In this document: in pieces, positions 26,848-35,982 of the stretch
Layout: every line of letters begins with the position of its first letter
Position numbering within the stretch: position 1 is the first letter of the stretch
Source: Halieaceae bacterium
Lineage (GTDB): Bacteria > Pseudomonadota > Gammaproteobacteria > Pseudomonadales > Halieaceae
Reading direction: 5' to 3'
Assembly: GCA_039989475.1 (NCBI GenBank)
Contig: JBDXHU010000009.1
Location: 537,721 to 601,720, forward strand
Length of the DNA stretch: 64,000 nucleotides
Notes under the pieces: generated by a model
Database searches by the model: none
The model's input: the letters and a program-made list of their open reading frames with translations, nothing else
Told to the model about the DNA's origin: nothing
Made by a program: the position numbers and the translations under genes

Positions 26848-26988
26848 AATAATATCCTTCGTCTAATTGACGCTTAAGCTATGGGGGGATGGGTGGTCAG
26901 GATCAGTTGCTGACTCACCAGCGATACTCGCCGACGGAGCCTAGTTCACCCGGCGCCCCGGGTCCAGCACTACCGCTTCGGCCAGCCC

Positions 26989-28056
26989 TCATTCGGCCTG
27001 GTAATTCGGGTAATCGGTATAACCGGCCGCTCCCGGTGTATAGAGCTGGCCAGGATCAAATTCTGCCAGCGGCCAGTCATGGCGGAAACGTTCTACCAGA
27101 TCTGGATTGGCGATGAAGCCGCGCCCAAAACTCACCGCCGCCAGCTCGCCGCTGCTCACTGCCTGCGCGGCCTCGCTCTGATCAAAGCTTTCATTGCCGA
27201 TCACCGCAGCGCCAAAATACTGCCGCGCCAGCCCCAGGTTATCGACCCGCCCACGGGGATAGCGGATGGCGTGAATGTAGGCCAGACCCAGCCCGGCGGC
27301 AGCGCTGAGAAGTCCGTCGTAGGTCTCCTGCGGATCATCATCCTGCAAATCGTTAAAGGGATTGTCCGGGCAAATCCTGAAGCCAACCCGGTCGGCGCCG
27401 TCCACAGCACTGATCGCCTGCAGCAATTGCAGGGGAAAGCGCACCCGGTTCTCGACACTGCCACCGTACTCATCCTGGCGCTGGTTACTGCCCGTGCTGA
27501 GAAACTGTGCAGGCAGGTAGCCGCTGGTGCAGTGCAGTTCCACACCGTCAAAACCGGCTGCATAGGCGTTGCGAGTGGCCCTGGCGTAATCATCGACCAC
27601 CCCGGCGATCTCCTCGAGACCCAAGGCTTGCGGTGTATCGAAGGACACCATGCCCTGCTGGTCGGTATAGATCTCACCTCGAGCGGCCAGCGCCGAAGGC
27701 GCGACTGTTGCCGCGTGCGCAGGCTTGTTCAAGGCACTGGCTATCCGCCCGCAGTGCATTAGCTGGGCCACCATACAGCCACCCTCTGCATGCACCGCGT
27801 CCAGTATCTCGCCCCAGGCATCTACCTGGGCATCGCTGTAGATACCCGGCGTACGACAGTAACCGGTGCCTTCGGCACTGGGGGCGATGCCCTCGCTGAT
27901 GATCATGCCGGCACCAGCCCGCTGCCGATAGTAATCGACCATCACCGCGCTGGGCATATCGTCGGGCTCGGCACGACTGCGGGTCATGGGTGCCATCACA
28001 ATACGATTGCGCAGCTGCAGACGTCCGAGGGCCAGCGCGTCAAATAATTCGGGCAT
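26989..28056 (-). CDS. Alkene reductase / NADH:flavin oxidoreductase (Old Yellow Enzyme, NemA-like)
   Basis: 355 aa. LRNRIVMAPMTRSRA, HCTSGYLPAQFLS and NQRQDEYGGS. Confidence 0.9.
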   Translation of the reverse strand: MPELFDALALGRLQLRNRIVMAPMTRSRAEPDDMPSAVMVDYYRQRAGAGMIISEGIAPSAEGTGYCRTPGIYSDAQVDAWGEILDAVHAEGGCMVAQLMHCGRIASALNKPAHAATVAPSALAARGEIYTDQQGMVSFDTPQALGLEEIAGVVDDYARATRNAYAAGFDGVELHCTSGYLPAQFLSTGSNQRQDEYGGSVENRVRFPLQLLQAISAVDGADRVGFRICPDNPFNDLQDDDPQETYDGLLSAAAGLGLAYIHAIRYPRGRVDNLGLARQYFGAAVIGNESFDQSEAAQAVSSGELAAVSFGRGFIANPDLVERFRHDWPLAEFDPGQLYTPGAAGYTDYPNYQAE

Positions 28057-28086
28057 GGGTGCTTATCCTTTCGGGGGTGATGGGCC

Positions 28087-28728
28087 TTAGCGCACCCGTA
28101 TGCGTGGGTCCGGTGCGCCACGGCGCATGCGCGTAAGAAATTCTTCCAGTGGTGCGGGCTCTGCAACTTCGGGTTCATCCCCGCCGGGATTCTGCGACCA
28201 GAACTCCTGCCAGGAGGGGAACAAGTCATGAAAGGCGCCGTCGTAGCGTTCCCGATCGGGCCAGCGCATCTTCTGCTCGCCCACCGGCGGCTTGTTGAGA
28301 TCACTGGCATACCAGTAGCAGGGCAGGCGCCTGCGAAAATACCAGCGGCCATCAATGCGCTCGTAGTTATCCCAGTACAGCATCTGCATGATTACCCACT
28401 CACTGTCGCCGTTGGCACAGGGAGTTTCGTGTTCGTTCTTTGAATAGAGCACGCCGTGGGCGCGGTCGGGATCGTCGAATTCAATAATGTGATTGCCAAC
28501 ATGGTGCGATGTGCCGGTGAACTGCAGGCGCAAGGTGTCGTCCAGCCAGCGCTTTAGATTGGCACGGCCACTCAATTCCCGGCTGACCCGGATGTCCGCG
28601 GCGAACAGGTTAACGTGGGCGTCCAGGTCCCGCATATCAAGGCTCAACGAATACCTGGCCACCAACTGGCGTATCTCGTCCAGGGACTCCAGGCGGTCAA
28701 TACGGGCAGCGAGATCGCTATCTGCCAT
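28087..28728 (-). CDS. NTF2-like (SnoaL_4-type) protein
   Basis: 213 aa. N-terminal DEIRQLVARYSLSLDMRDLDAHVNLFAAD is typical of SnoaL-like/NTF2 proteins. Confidence 0.65.
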   Translation of the reverse strand: MADSDLAARIDRLESLDEIRQLVARYSLSLDMRDLDAHVNLFAADIRVSRELSGRANLKRWLDDTLRLQFTGTSHHVGNHIIEFDDPDRAHGVLYSKNEHETPCANGDSEWVIMQMLYWDNYERIDGRWYFRRRLPCYWYASDLNKPPVGEQKMRWPDRERYDGAFHDLFPSWQEFWSQNPGGDEPEVAEPAPLEEFLTRMRRGAPDPRIRVR

Positions 28729-28740
28729 GGAACTCTCCTG

Positions 28741-30210
28741 TTATGCGGACTTCTTGCCCCGGGGCTCGCGACTGGCCTGCAGCAATTCAGCAAAGGACGC
28801 CTGCAGGCACTCGGCGTAAAATTCGGGATCCGGCATCACCTCACGGCAGGACAGCGCCGCGATAATTATCGATCCCTTCTTGTTCATTACCGCGCTGGTT
28901 ACCGTATGGAACAAACCCATCCCCGGCGCCAGCACGCCAATGCCAAAGGAGTCTACCAATTCTGCGCCGCAAAGGTAGAGTTGGAAGGGAGAACCGGGCA
29001 CGTTGGTGACGATGGTGTGCTGCATGACATTCTTCTCCGTCATGCCGGCTGCCACTGACAAGCGCATCACACTGGAAATAATTCCACCGGGCACGGTGTC
29101 GGCAATATCCAGGCCGATACGCGGCCCCATTGCCTCGGCATAGGCCTTGGAGCGATTGGCCTGCTCATGCACCGCCTGCAACCTCTGCATGGGATCGGCA
29201 ATGTCGGAACGCAGGGCCACGTTCATCAATCCGATCATATTGCCGCCGGCTTCCTGCTCCGACTCATCGCGAACATCGATAGGACAGCCGGCCACCATGC
29301 TATTTTCCGGCAGCTCGCCCTTGCTCTCCAGGTAGCTGCGCATGGCGCCGGAAATGATTGTCAGCACCGCGTCGTTAATGGTGGCACCGGGCACGGCGGA
29401 TTTAATCTCACGCACCTCTTCGAAGTCGAACTTGCGCGCCTCCACCACCCGGTGTGGCGACAGGTCCCGATTGAAGCGAGTGGGTTCCTTGTCCTCAAGG
29501 CTCTGGAATAAATCCTCCTCCTTGCCTTGCTTTAAACGCTTGCGGGCGGGCAAGGCCTGGCGCGCCAGCTGCACGATCTGCCAGGGCTTGCGCAGGTTGT
29601 TGAGATAGGCGCGGCCCAGCAGGCGAGTATTGCCAGGCTCGGGCTGCACCACCCAATCCGGACTCTCTTCCTCCACCGGGTTGGGCTCCATATCATTGAA
29701 GGCGCCGAAGAACTGAACCCCGGTGGCCCCATCCATGGCGGCATGATGCACCTTGGTATACAGGGCAAAGCTACCGGGTGGCACACCGTCGATATTGTTC
29801 AAGCCCTCAATCACATAGATCTGCCACAGGGGCCGCTTCATATCCAGCGGCTGTGCGTGCAAGCGCGCCACCTGTATCAGCAGCTGGCGCCAATCGCCGG
29901 GTCTGGGCAAGGCGATGTGACGAATGTGGTACTCCAGGTCGAAGCGTGCATCATCGACCCAATAGGGCTGGTCCAGCCCCATGGGGACGCGTTTCAGCTT
30001 ACGCCGGAAAATTGGCGAGCGGTGCACCCGCCGCGCAAAGGTCGCGAGAATATCCTTGAAGCGCACGCGACCACCCACAGCCGTGCTCTGGTCGTAAATG
30101 GAGATACCGCCTATATGCATGGGAAATCCATCCATTTCCGCATGCAGGAACATGGCATCCTGTCCTGTCAGCTGCTGCATTGTTGCGCCCTCCGCTCTAT
30201 AGCTTTGCAA
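28741..30210 (-). CDS. Wax ester synthase / acyl-CoA:diacylglycerol acyltransferase (WS/DGAT)
   Basis: 489 aa. Catalytic HHxxxDG motif present (VHHAAMDGATG). N-terminus LTGQDAMFLHAE is typical of the family. Confidence 0.85.
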   Translation of the reverse strand: MQSYRAEGATMQQLTGQDAMFLHAEMDGFPMHIGGISIYDQSTAVGGRVRFKDILATFARRVHRSPIFRRKLKRVPMGLDQPYWVDDARFDLEYHIRHIALPRPGDWRQLLIQVARLHAQPLDMKRPLWQIYVIEGLNNIDGVPPGSFALYTKVHHAAMDGATGVQFFGAFNDMEPNPVEEESPDWVVQPEPGNTRLLGRAYLNNLRKPWQIVQLARQALPARKRLKQGKEEDLFQSLEDKEPTRFNRDLSPHRVVEARKFDFEEVREIKSAVPGATINDAVLTIISGAMRSYLESKGELPENSMVAGCPIDVRDESEQEAGGNMIGLMNVALRSDIADPMQRLQAVHEQANRSKAYAEAMGPRIGLDIADTVPGGIISSVMRLSVAAGMTEKNVMQHTIVTNVPGSPFQLYLCGAELVDSFGIGVLAPGMGLFHTVTSAVMNKKGSIIIAALSCREVMPDPEFYAECLQASFAELLQASREPRGKKSA

Positions 30211-31078
30211 TTATTGTATTGGCGAATCGATCAATCGCCGCCAACTTGTCATCCAGGGACAGCTGCGGCTGGTAGGGATTCCAGGGCGTGACACAGATAT
30301 CGGTCACTCCCAACTGCGCCAGCTGCTGGCAGTCCTCGACAGAACGCAAATTGCTGTCGAGGGCATGAATCTCAAAACTCTCAGGACTGTCATACTCGGC
30401 CCGGAATTCACCGAGTTGGTCGATCAGGCTTTGCAGTGTTTCCAGATCGGTGTTGGCGGAGATCCAGCCATCACCCAGCCTGGCCGCCCGCCGCAGGGCC
30501 GGCCTGGCATGACCACCGATCAGGATCGGTACAGGTGTAGCCGGCACAGGGCTAAGCTTTACCTCGCCGATAGAAAAGTGATCCGAGTGATACTCAAAAT
30601 AATCACCACTCATGGCCAGGCGCAAAACCTCCAGGCACTCATCCATCAGCTTACCGCGACCTTCAAATTCAACCCCGTTATAAATGAAGTCTTCTTTCCA
30701 GGGGCTCAGGCCCGCTCCGAGACTGACACGCCCACCGCTCATCACCGCAAGCGAGCTCAAGGCCTTGGCCAGCACCAGCGGCTGTCGCACCGGCACCTTG
30801 AGCACGCCGGGATAAAAACGCAGTCGCTGGGTCACCGCCGCCATACCGGCAATCGCCACCAGCGGGTCAATCACCGGCGTCGCCTCCAGCGCCGAGCGCA
30901 CCGCCGCGGTATCGGCATAGGGATAGTCCGACTCGCTGATTTTTGGGTAGAAGATGCTGTCTGGTACGCTGAGCGCGTTCCAGGCGCAGTCCTCCGCCGC
31001 GCGCGCGAGCACCGCGTAGTCCTCGTGGCCACCCAGGCCCAACATCAATGTAAAACGCATCCGCCGACAACTCCTCAA
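30197..31078 (-). CDS. Luciferase-like (LLM-class) flavin/F420-type oxidoreductase
   Basis: 293 aa. TIM-barrel LLM pattern (FDSLWVPD-like SVPDSIFYP, GGRVSLGAG). Its 3' end overlaps the WS/DGAT start by 14 nt. Confidence 0.75.
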   Translation of the reverse strand: MRSCRRMRFTLMLGLGGHEDYAVLARAAEDCAWNALSVPDSIFYPKISESDYPYADTAAVRSALEATPVIDPLVAIAGMAAVTQRLRFYPGVLKVPVRQPLVLAKALSSLAVMSGGRVSLGAGLSPWKEDFIYNGVEFEGRGKLMDECLEVLRLAMSGDYFEYHSDHFSIGEVKLSPVPATPVPILIGGHARPALRRAARLGDGWISANTDLETLQSLIDQLGEFRAEYDSPESFEIHALDSNLRSVEDCQQLAQLGVTDICVTPWNPYQPQLSLDDKLAAIDRFANTIIAKL

Positions 31079-31255
31079 TACTTACCTATAGCGTAAGCGC
31101 CAGGCTGCCGCGGGCACACGACCAAAGCATCCATGTTTGTTAGCTATTCCGATCAGCCGCCTGAAGGGATATGTCAACACAACAGGCGTCTCAAGTGCTG
31201 TTGGCAATCTCTGTTTCCGCTAAGATCATATATCTTTGCAAGGGAGCAAGCGGAC

Positions 31256-32017
31256 ATGAAAACTTATGCAATGACCGGCGGCGCCAGCGGTATTGGTGCG
31301 GCTATCAAGGAGCGACTGCAAGCCGCAGGACACCAGCTCATCGTGGTCGATATCGCCAAAGCCGATATCGAGGCAGACCTGTCCTCGGTCGAGGGCCGCA
31401 GCGCGGCAATTGATGCCATCAAGGCGGCGGCCCCGGATGGACTGGACGGTTTTATCGCCTGCGCCGGGCTCGGCTCCCACGTCCCCAATCTGCCGCTGAT
31501 CGCCGGGGTGAATTACCACGGTTCAGTTGAGCTGGTGGAAGGCCTGCGCGAGCACCTCGCCCGCAGAGGCGGCACGGTAATACTGATTTCGTCTAATTCC
31601 GCTCCCATGGACACCAGCCAGGATTACGTCGACGCCCTGCTGGAAAATGACAGCGAAGCCCTGGCCAAAGCCCTGGAAAGCATGGAGGGACATGCCGTCT
31701 ACTCCGGTTCCAAACAGGCCCTGGCGCGCTGGATGCGCCGCCACTGCGCTGACTATGCCCGCCAGGGTATTCGCATGAACGCGGTAGCACCGGGCTACAC
31801 GGAAACACCGATGACCGCTGCGGTACAGGACGACCCCAATTACGGCGATGCCATCCGCCAGTTTGTTGCCAGCATCCCCATTGGTCGCCCGGGGGCGCCA
31901 GAAGATATGGCCGATGCGGTCGACTTTCTGCTCAGTGAACAGGCTGGTTTTGTCTGTGGCTCGGTATTGTTTGTAGACGGCGGTCACGACGCGCTGATGC
32001 GACCTGACCAGTTTTAG
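31256..32017 (+). CDS. Short-chain dehydrogenase/reductase (3-alpha-hydroxysteroid-dehydrogenase-like subgroup)
   Basis: The track ORF is trimmed to the ATG giving MKTYAMTGGASGIGAAI. Catalytic YSGSK (YxxxK) is present. Confidence 0.8.
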   Translation: MKTYAMTGGASGIGAAIKERLQAAGHQLIVVDIAKADIEADLSSVEGRSAAIDAIKAAAPDGLDGFIACAGLGSHVPNLPLIAGVNYHGSVELVEGLREHLARRGGTVILISSNSAPMDTSQDYVDALLENDSEALAKALESMEGHAVYSGSKQALARWMRRHCADYARQGIRMNAVAPGYTETPMTAAVQDDPNYGDAIRQFVASIPIGRPGAPEDMADAVDFLLSEQAGFVCGSVLFVDGGHDALMRPDQF

Positions 32018-32232
32018 TGACCTGGCGCACAGTTTAGACATCCCCTGTGCACGGGCGGAGGAAGCTGGCCGTAAACTCCTCTACCTTAATGGGTGCGATC
32101 CAGACATTGGGTCGCAGGGCCCGGATATAAAACAAGCGCTTCTATCAGGTATAGTGAAGGCCCTGGCTACTGGGAGAGAAAATCCGCAGCAGCCAGGTCG
32201 GGAGCACCAGCCGCGCACAAACGAGAGCTACT

Positions 32233-32688
32233 ATGAATTTACCAATAAATTTCCTGATCTCAGAGATACCGTTGTTCGACGCCCTGGATTTCGACGAACT
32301 CAAGGAAATTGAAAAGCGCCTGGTCTACAAGGAACTGAGACAAGGTACCGTCATCTATAAGCAGGGTAGCGAGGGCCGCTCCGTTTGCTTTGTGGTCGAC
32401 GGCGAACTTTCCGTGGTCAGGCGCAGCGATAAGGGTGACGCAACAATAGCGACCGTTAGCAAAGGCCAATCCGTCGGCGAAATGGCAATCATCGACGGAC
32501 TGACTCGTTCGGCTGACGTGGTTGCGACCTCCAACACCTGCGTCCTGATCCTGAAGCGCGAAGATTTTGACTCAGTCGTTTCTGAATACCCCCATGTCGG
32601 TGTCAAAGTACTCAAATCCCTCGCCAGGGGAATGAGCGTCACTTTACGCGACCGCTCCGAGGACCTCGCTCGCCTGATGCTGATCTAG
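32233..32688 (+). CDS. Stand-alone cyclic-nucleotide-binding domain protein (no output domain)
   Basis: 151 aa. cNMP-binding cassette with GEMAIIDG...RSADVVA. Confidence 0.8.
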   Translation: MNLPINFLISEIPLFDALDFDELKEIEKRLVYKELRQGTVIYKQGSEGRSVCFVVDGELSVVRRSDKGDATIATVSKGQSVGEMAIIDGLTRSADVVATSNTCVLILKREDFDSVVSEYPHVGVKVLKSLARGMSVTLRDRSEDLARLMLI

Positions 32689-32775
32689 GCAGACTGGCAT
32701 TTTTTTGACCTGTCTTAGCTTTCACAGCTCTCTCAGAGGCTATGCTATAGGCTCTTGATCTCTTCGGGTTTGCGC

Positions 32776-34503
32776 ATGCAAGCGAGACCGCTTTCTATTG
32801 CAATAACCGGCGCCGGCGGCGCCGGCGTGATTTCCTGTGGCGAATTGTTGCTGCAGGGCTGGGCGCGATTGGGGGGTCGGGGTTTGTTGCGCAAGGCCTA
32901 CGGGCCGCAAATTCGCGGCGGTGAGTCAGCTGCCCTGCTCAAGCTCACCGACGGCGAGCGCTATACCGCTGCGGGGCAGTACGACCTGGTCGTCGCCCTG
33001 GACTGGGACAATTATTCCCGCTTTGAAGATGAGATCCGACTGGGCCCTGATAGCTGGGTGCTGTGCCAACCCGGCACCGAGATCCCCGCCTCCGTGCTGA
33101 GCGCTAAACCCACGATATTGACCCTGGCTATGAGCGATCTGGCCACGGCATCGCATCCGGGTGGCCGGGTCAACATGCTGGTACTGGGATTGCTGGGCAA
33201 GTTGCTGGGCGTGTCTGCCAGCAGCCTGTGTGAACTGGCCGGGCAAAAGCTGTCGGGCAAGCCCGATGTCTATCGCGACGCCGCGCTGGCCTGTATTGAA
33301 GCGGGTGCACAGACAGCACTGGAATGTAGCTTGCAAGCGCCACCTCGCAACGGGGAGGCGCTGTGCTATCTCAGCGGCAACCAGGCGGTTGGCCTGGGAG
33401 CACTGGAAGCCGGAGTTCGCTTTGTAGCGGCCTACCCCATCACTCCGGCCTCAGACGTACTGGAATGGATGGCGGGTGGCCTCGAGCAAGTGGGCGGCAA
33501 GTTAATCCAGGCCGAAGATGAATTGGCTGCCATCAATATGAGCATAGGCGCCGCGTTTGGTGGTGTGCCGTCACTAACTGCAACCTCGGGGCCGGGCCTG
33601 GCCCTGATGACTGAGAGCATCGGCCTGGCGGTGGCCAGCGAGACACCGATTACCATCATTAACGTGATGCGCGGCGGCCCATCCACCGGGATTCCGACCA
33701 AGTCGGAGCAGAGTGATCTCAATATTGCCCTGTTTGGTTTACACGGTGATGCACCCCACCTGGTGCTGGCGGCGCTGGATATCGCCGACTGCGTGTTCAC
33801 CGCCAGTTGGGCGGTACAACTGGCCCAGCACCTGCAGACCGCCGCGATCCTGTTGTCGGATCAGTTTATCGGCCAGTCCACCGCTGTTGTTTCTGAACCA
33901 AGGCGCTGTCAGGGTACCCTGGCAATGGCGACAACTGCCGCGGCGGATGAAGCCGGGGATACGAACTACCAGCGCTACCAGCTGACCGATTCCGGCGTTT
34001 CCCTGCTGGCAACACCCGGTGACAGCAATCGGCGATTTACCGCCGACGGACTGGAGCACAACCAGCAGGGCACACCTTCCGCCGCCCATTCAGATCACCA
34101 GCAGCAATTGGACAAGCGCCAGAAAAAGCTGGCCGAGTTCGACTTTGGCGAAGACTGGGCTGAGATCACGGGTACTGGCGAACTGGCCCTGGTCAGTTTT
34201 GGTTCAAGTTCAGCAGCGGTAAACGAGGCGGCGGAGCAACTGCGCGAGCGCGGGATAGAGACGCGCGCCATCAGCCTGCGACTGCTGGCACCCCTGCAAG
34301 CCGAGGCACTGACTGATGCACTGGCCGGCTGTGAGCAGCTAATCATCGTCGAGCAAAATCACAGTGCGCAGCTCATGCACTACCTGAAGGGACATATGGA
34401 TTTTCAGCAAGCCGTTCACAGTTACGCAGTAGCAGGACCGGTGCCCTTGAATCCAGACAGCATTGCGCAGCGCGCACTGGAGATCGTGAACAATGACGGA
34501 TAG
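32776..34503 (+). CDS. korA: 2-oxoacid:ferredoxin (acceptor) oxidoreductase, alpha subunit (fused gamma+alpha domains)
   Basis: The N-terminal POR gamma-like segment ITGAGGAGV...YGPQIRGGES is followed by the alpha segment AAYPITPASD. I prefer the ATG at 32776 over the track TTG at 32755. Confidence 0.85.
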   Translation: MQARPLSIAITGAGGAGVISCGELLLQGWARLGGRGLLRKAYGPQIRGGESAALLKLTDGERYTAAGQYDLVVALDWDNYSRFEDEIRLGPDSWVLCQPGTEIPASVLSAKPTILTLAMSDLATASHPGGRVNMLVLGLLGKLLGVSASSLCELAGQKLSGKPDVYRDAALACIEAGAQTALECSLQAPPRNGEALCYLSGNQAVGLGALEAGVRFVAAYPITPASDVLEWMAGGLEQVGGKLIQAEDELAAINMSIGAAFGGVPSLTATSGPGLALMTESIGLAVASETPITIINVMRGGPSTGIPTKSEQSDLNIALFGLHGDAPHLVLAALDIADCVFTASWAVQLAQHLQTAAILLSDQFIGQSTAVVSEPRRCQGTLAMATTAAADEAGDTNYQRYQLTDSGVSLLATPGDSNRRFTADGLEHNQQGTPSAAHSDHQQQLDKRQKKLAEFDFGEDWAEITGTGELALVSFGSSSAAVNEAAEQLRERGIETRAISLRLLAPLQAEALTDALAGCEQLIIVEQNHSAQLMHYLKGHMDFQQAVHSYAVAGPVPLNPDSIAQRALEIVNNDG

Positions 34504-35329
34504 CGTCGTACTCAAGCCAAGGGACTACAAGTCCGCTGTTAAGCCCATCTGGTGTCCCGGCTGCGGTCACTTTTCGGTCTTCAATGCGATCACCAAGGCC
34601 ATGGCGGCGCTGGCTATCAGCAAGGACGACACGGTCATGGTCTCGGGAATTGGCTGTTCCTCGCGCCTGCCAGCCTATGTGGACAGCTATGGCTTCCACG
34701 GCGTCCACGGACGCGGGCTGGCTATTGCCCAGGGCCTGAAAGTAGCGCGGCCGGACCTTAGCGTGCTGGTCATGGGCGGCGACGGTGACGGCTTTTCCAT
34801 CGGCGGCAACCATTTCATTCACGCCTGCCGCCGCAATGTGAACCTGACTTACATTGCGATGGATAATGAAGTCTACGGCATGACCAAGGGACAGGCCTCG
34901 CCGACCACTCCCATCGACTGGGATCACAGCAAGCTGACGCCACACGGCCCCGGGGTAAGGCCCTTTAAGCCGGCAGCACTGGCATTGGCCGCCGGCGCAC
35001 CCTGGATTGCCAGGGCCTACTCGGGCAACCCCAACCAGATGGCACAATTGATCGCCGCGGCCATAGAGTTTCCAGGTTTCAGTTTCCTGCATGTGATGTC
35101 CCAGTGCATCACCTTCTGCCCGGAGCAGACTGACTGGAAACAAATCGTCCATGAGCGCACAGATCCGGCCCTGGTGGATGCCGACGAGGCGGCCAAACTA
35201 TTCCTTCATGAAGACGGCTTCGAGACCGGCCTGCTGTTCAAGGAGCAGCGAGCGACCTGGCCTCCCCCCGGCACATCAGGGATCAGCGAGGCTGCGCTGG
35301 AAAATCTGGCAGCCTCTTTCCGGGTATGA
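34493..35329 (+). CDS. korB: 2-oxoacid:ferredoxin oxidoreductase, beta subunit (TPP-binding, single 4Fe-4S)
   Basis: 278 aa. WCPGCGH cluster motif and GGDGD TPP-binding motif. 11-nt overlap with korA. Confidence 0.9.
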   Translation: MTDSVVLKPRDYKSAVKPIWCPGCGHFSVFNAITKAMAALAISKDDTVMVSGIGCSSRLPAYVDSYGFHGVHGRGLAIAQGLKVARPDLSVLVMGGDGDGFSIGGNHFIHACRRNVNLTYIAMDNEVYGMTKGQASPTTPIDWDHSKLTPHGPGVRPFKPAALALAAGAPWIARAYSGNPNQMAQLIAAAIEFPGFSFLHVMSQCITFCPEQTDWKQIVHERTDPALVDADEAAKLFLHEDGFETGLLFKEQRATWPPPGTSGISEAALENLAASFRV

Positions 35330-35336
35330 CCACGCC

Positions 35337-35852
35337 ATGACACAGACCAACACAGAACTGGCAAATTTTCTTGCCCACTCCATCGAACTGGAGTCGGAAG
35401 CCAGGGACCGCTACGAGGAACTGGCGGACTCCATGGCAGAACACCACAACGAGAAGGTGGCGGAATTCTTCCAGCGTATGTGCCATGAGGCCAGTCAACA
35501 CCTGGCGGAGGTAGCAGTGCTGGCTGAGGGCATGACGCTGCCGGAACTCAAGGCCTGGGAATTCAGCTGGCCCGGGGCAGAGCCACCGGAAACCGCCAGC
35601 TATGAAGCCATGCACTACCGCATGAGCCTGCGCGAGGCCATGCTGCTGGCACTGGCCAATGAACTGGCGGCGGAGAACTATTATCGCCAGTTCGCTGACA
35701 ATAGTAGCGACCAGGAGACGGCGCAGCTTGCCGCACAGTTTGCCGACGAGGAACTGTCACACGGAGCCGAGTTGGAACGACTGCTGCAAGCCGTGCCGGA
35801 AAACGCGGCACACCTGCGCGAGGAAGACGACGATCCACATATGCCCGAATAG
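35337..35852 (+). CDS. Ferritin-like / rubrerythrin-family protein (171 aa)
   Basis: The ATG lies 8 nt after the korB stop; the track ORF 35151..35852 has a spurious extension. Four-helix pattern with acidic/His pairs (ELESEARDRYEE, ADEELSHGAELE). Confidence 0.6.
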   Translation: MTQTNTELANFLAHSIELESEARDRYEELADSMAEHHNEKVAEFFQRMCHEASQHLAEVAVLAEGMTLPELKAWEFSWPGAEPPETASYEAMHYRMSLREAMLLALANELAAENYYRQFADNSSDQETAQLAAQFADEELSHGAELERLLQAVPENAAHLREEDDDPHMPE

Positions 35853-35909
35853 CCGGGTTGTGCTGCCACAACAGCAAGACCACCCAGTGCAAGACCCGGC
35901 GAACGACTA

Positions 35910-35982
35910 GCTGAGGCTCTCGTCCAGGGGGCTGAAGCTCTCTTGCGGGGGCTGAGGCTCTCTCCCTGGGGGCTGAAGCTCT
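35910..35982. repeat. Tandem repeat: four copies of GCTGA(A/G)GCTCT at a 20-21-nt period, between convergent genes
   Basis: Cores at 35910, 35931, 35951 and 35972. The last copy overlaps the stop codon (35981-35983) of the minus-strand S1-domain gene. Confidence 0.85.

Noticed and set aside
35151-35336. N-terminal extensions in track ORFs: 35151..35852, 31133..32017, 48204..49187, 54335..55687, 56696..57895, 35981..36808, 21091..21804 and 19079..21238.
   Set aside because: The extensions overlap the 3' ends of upstream genes or a riboswitch. Internal starts give canonical N-termini (Rossmann TGGxxGIG, signal peptides, known family N-termini).
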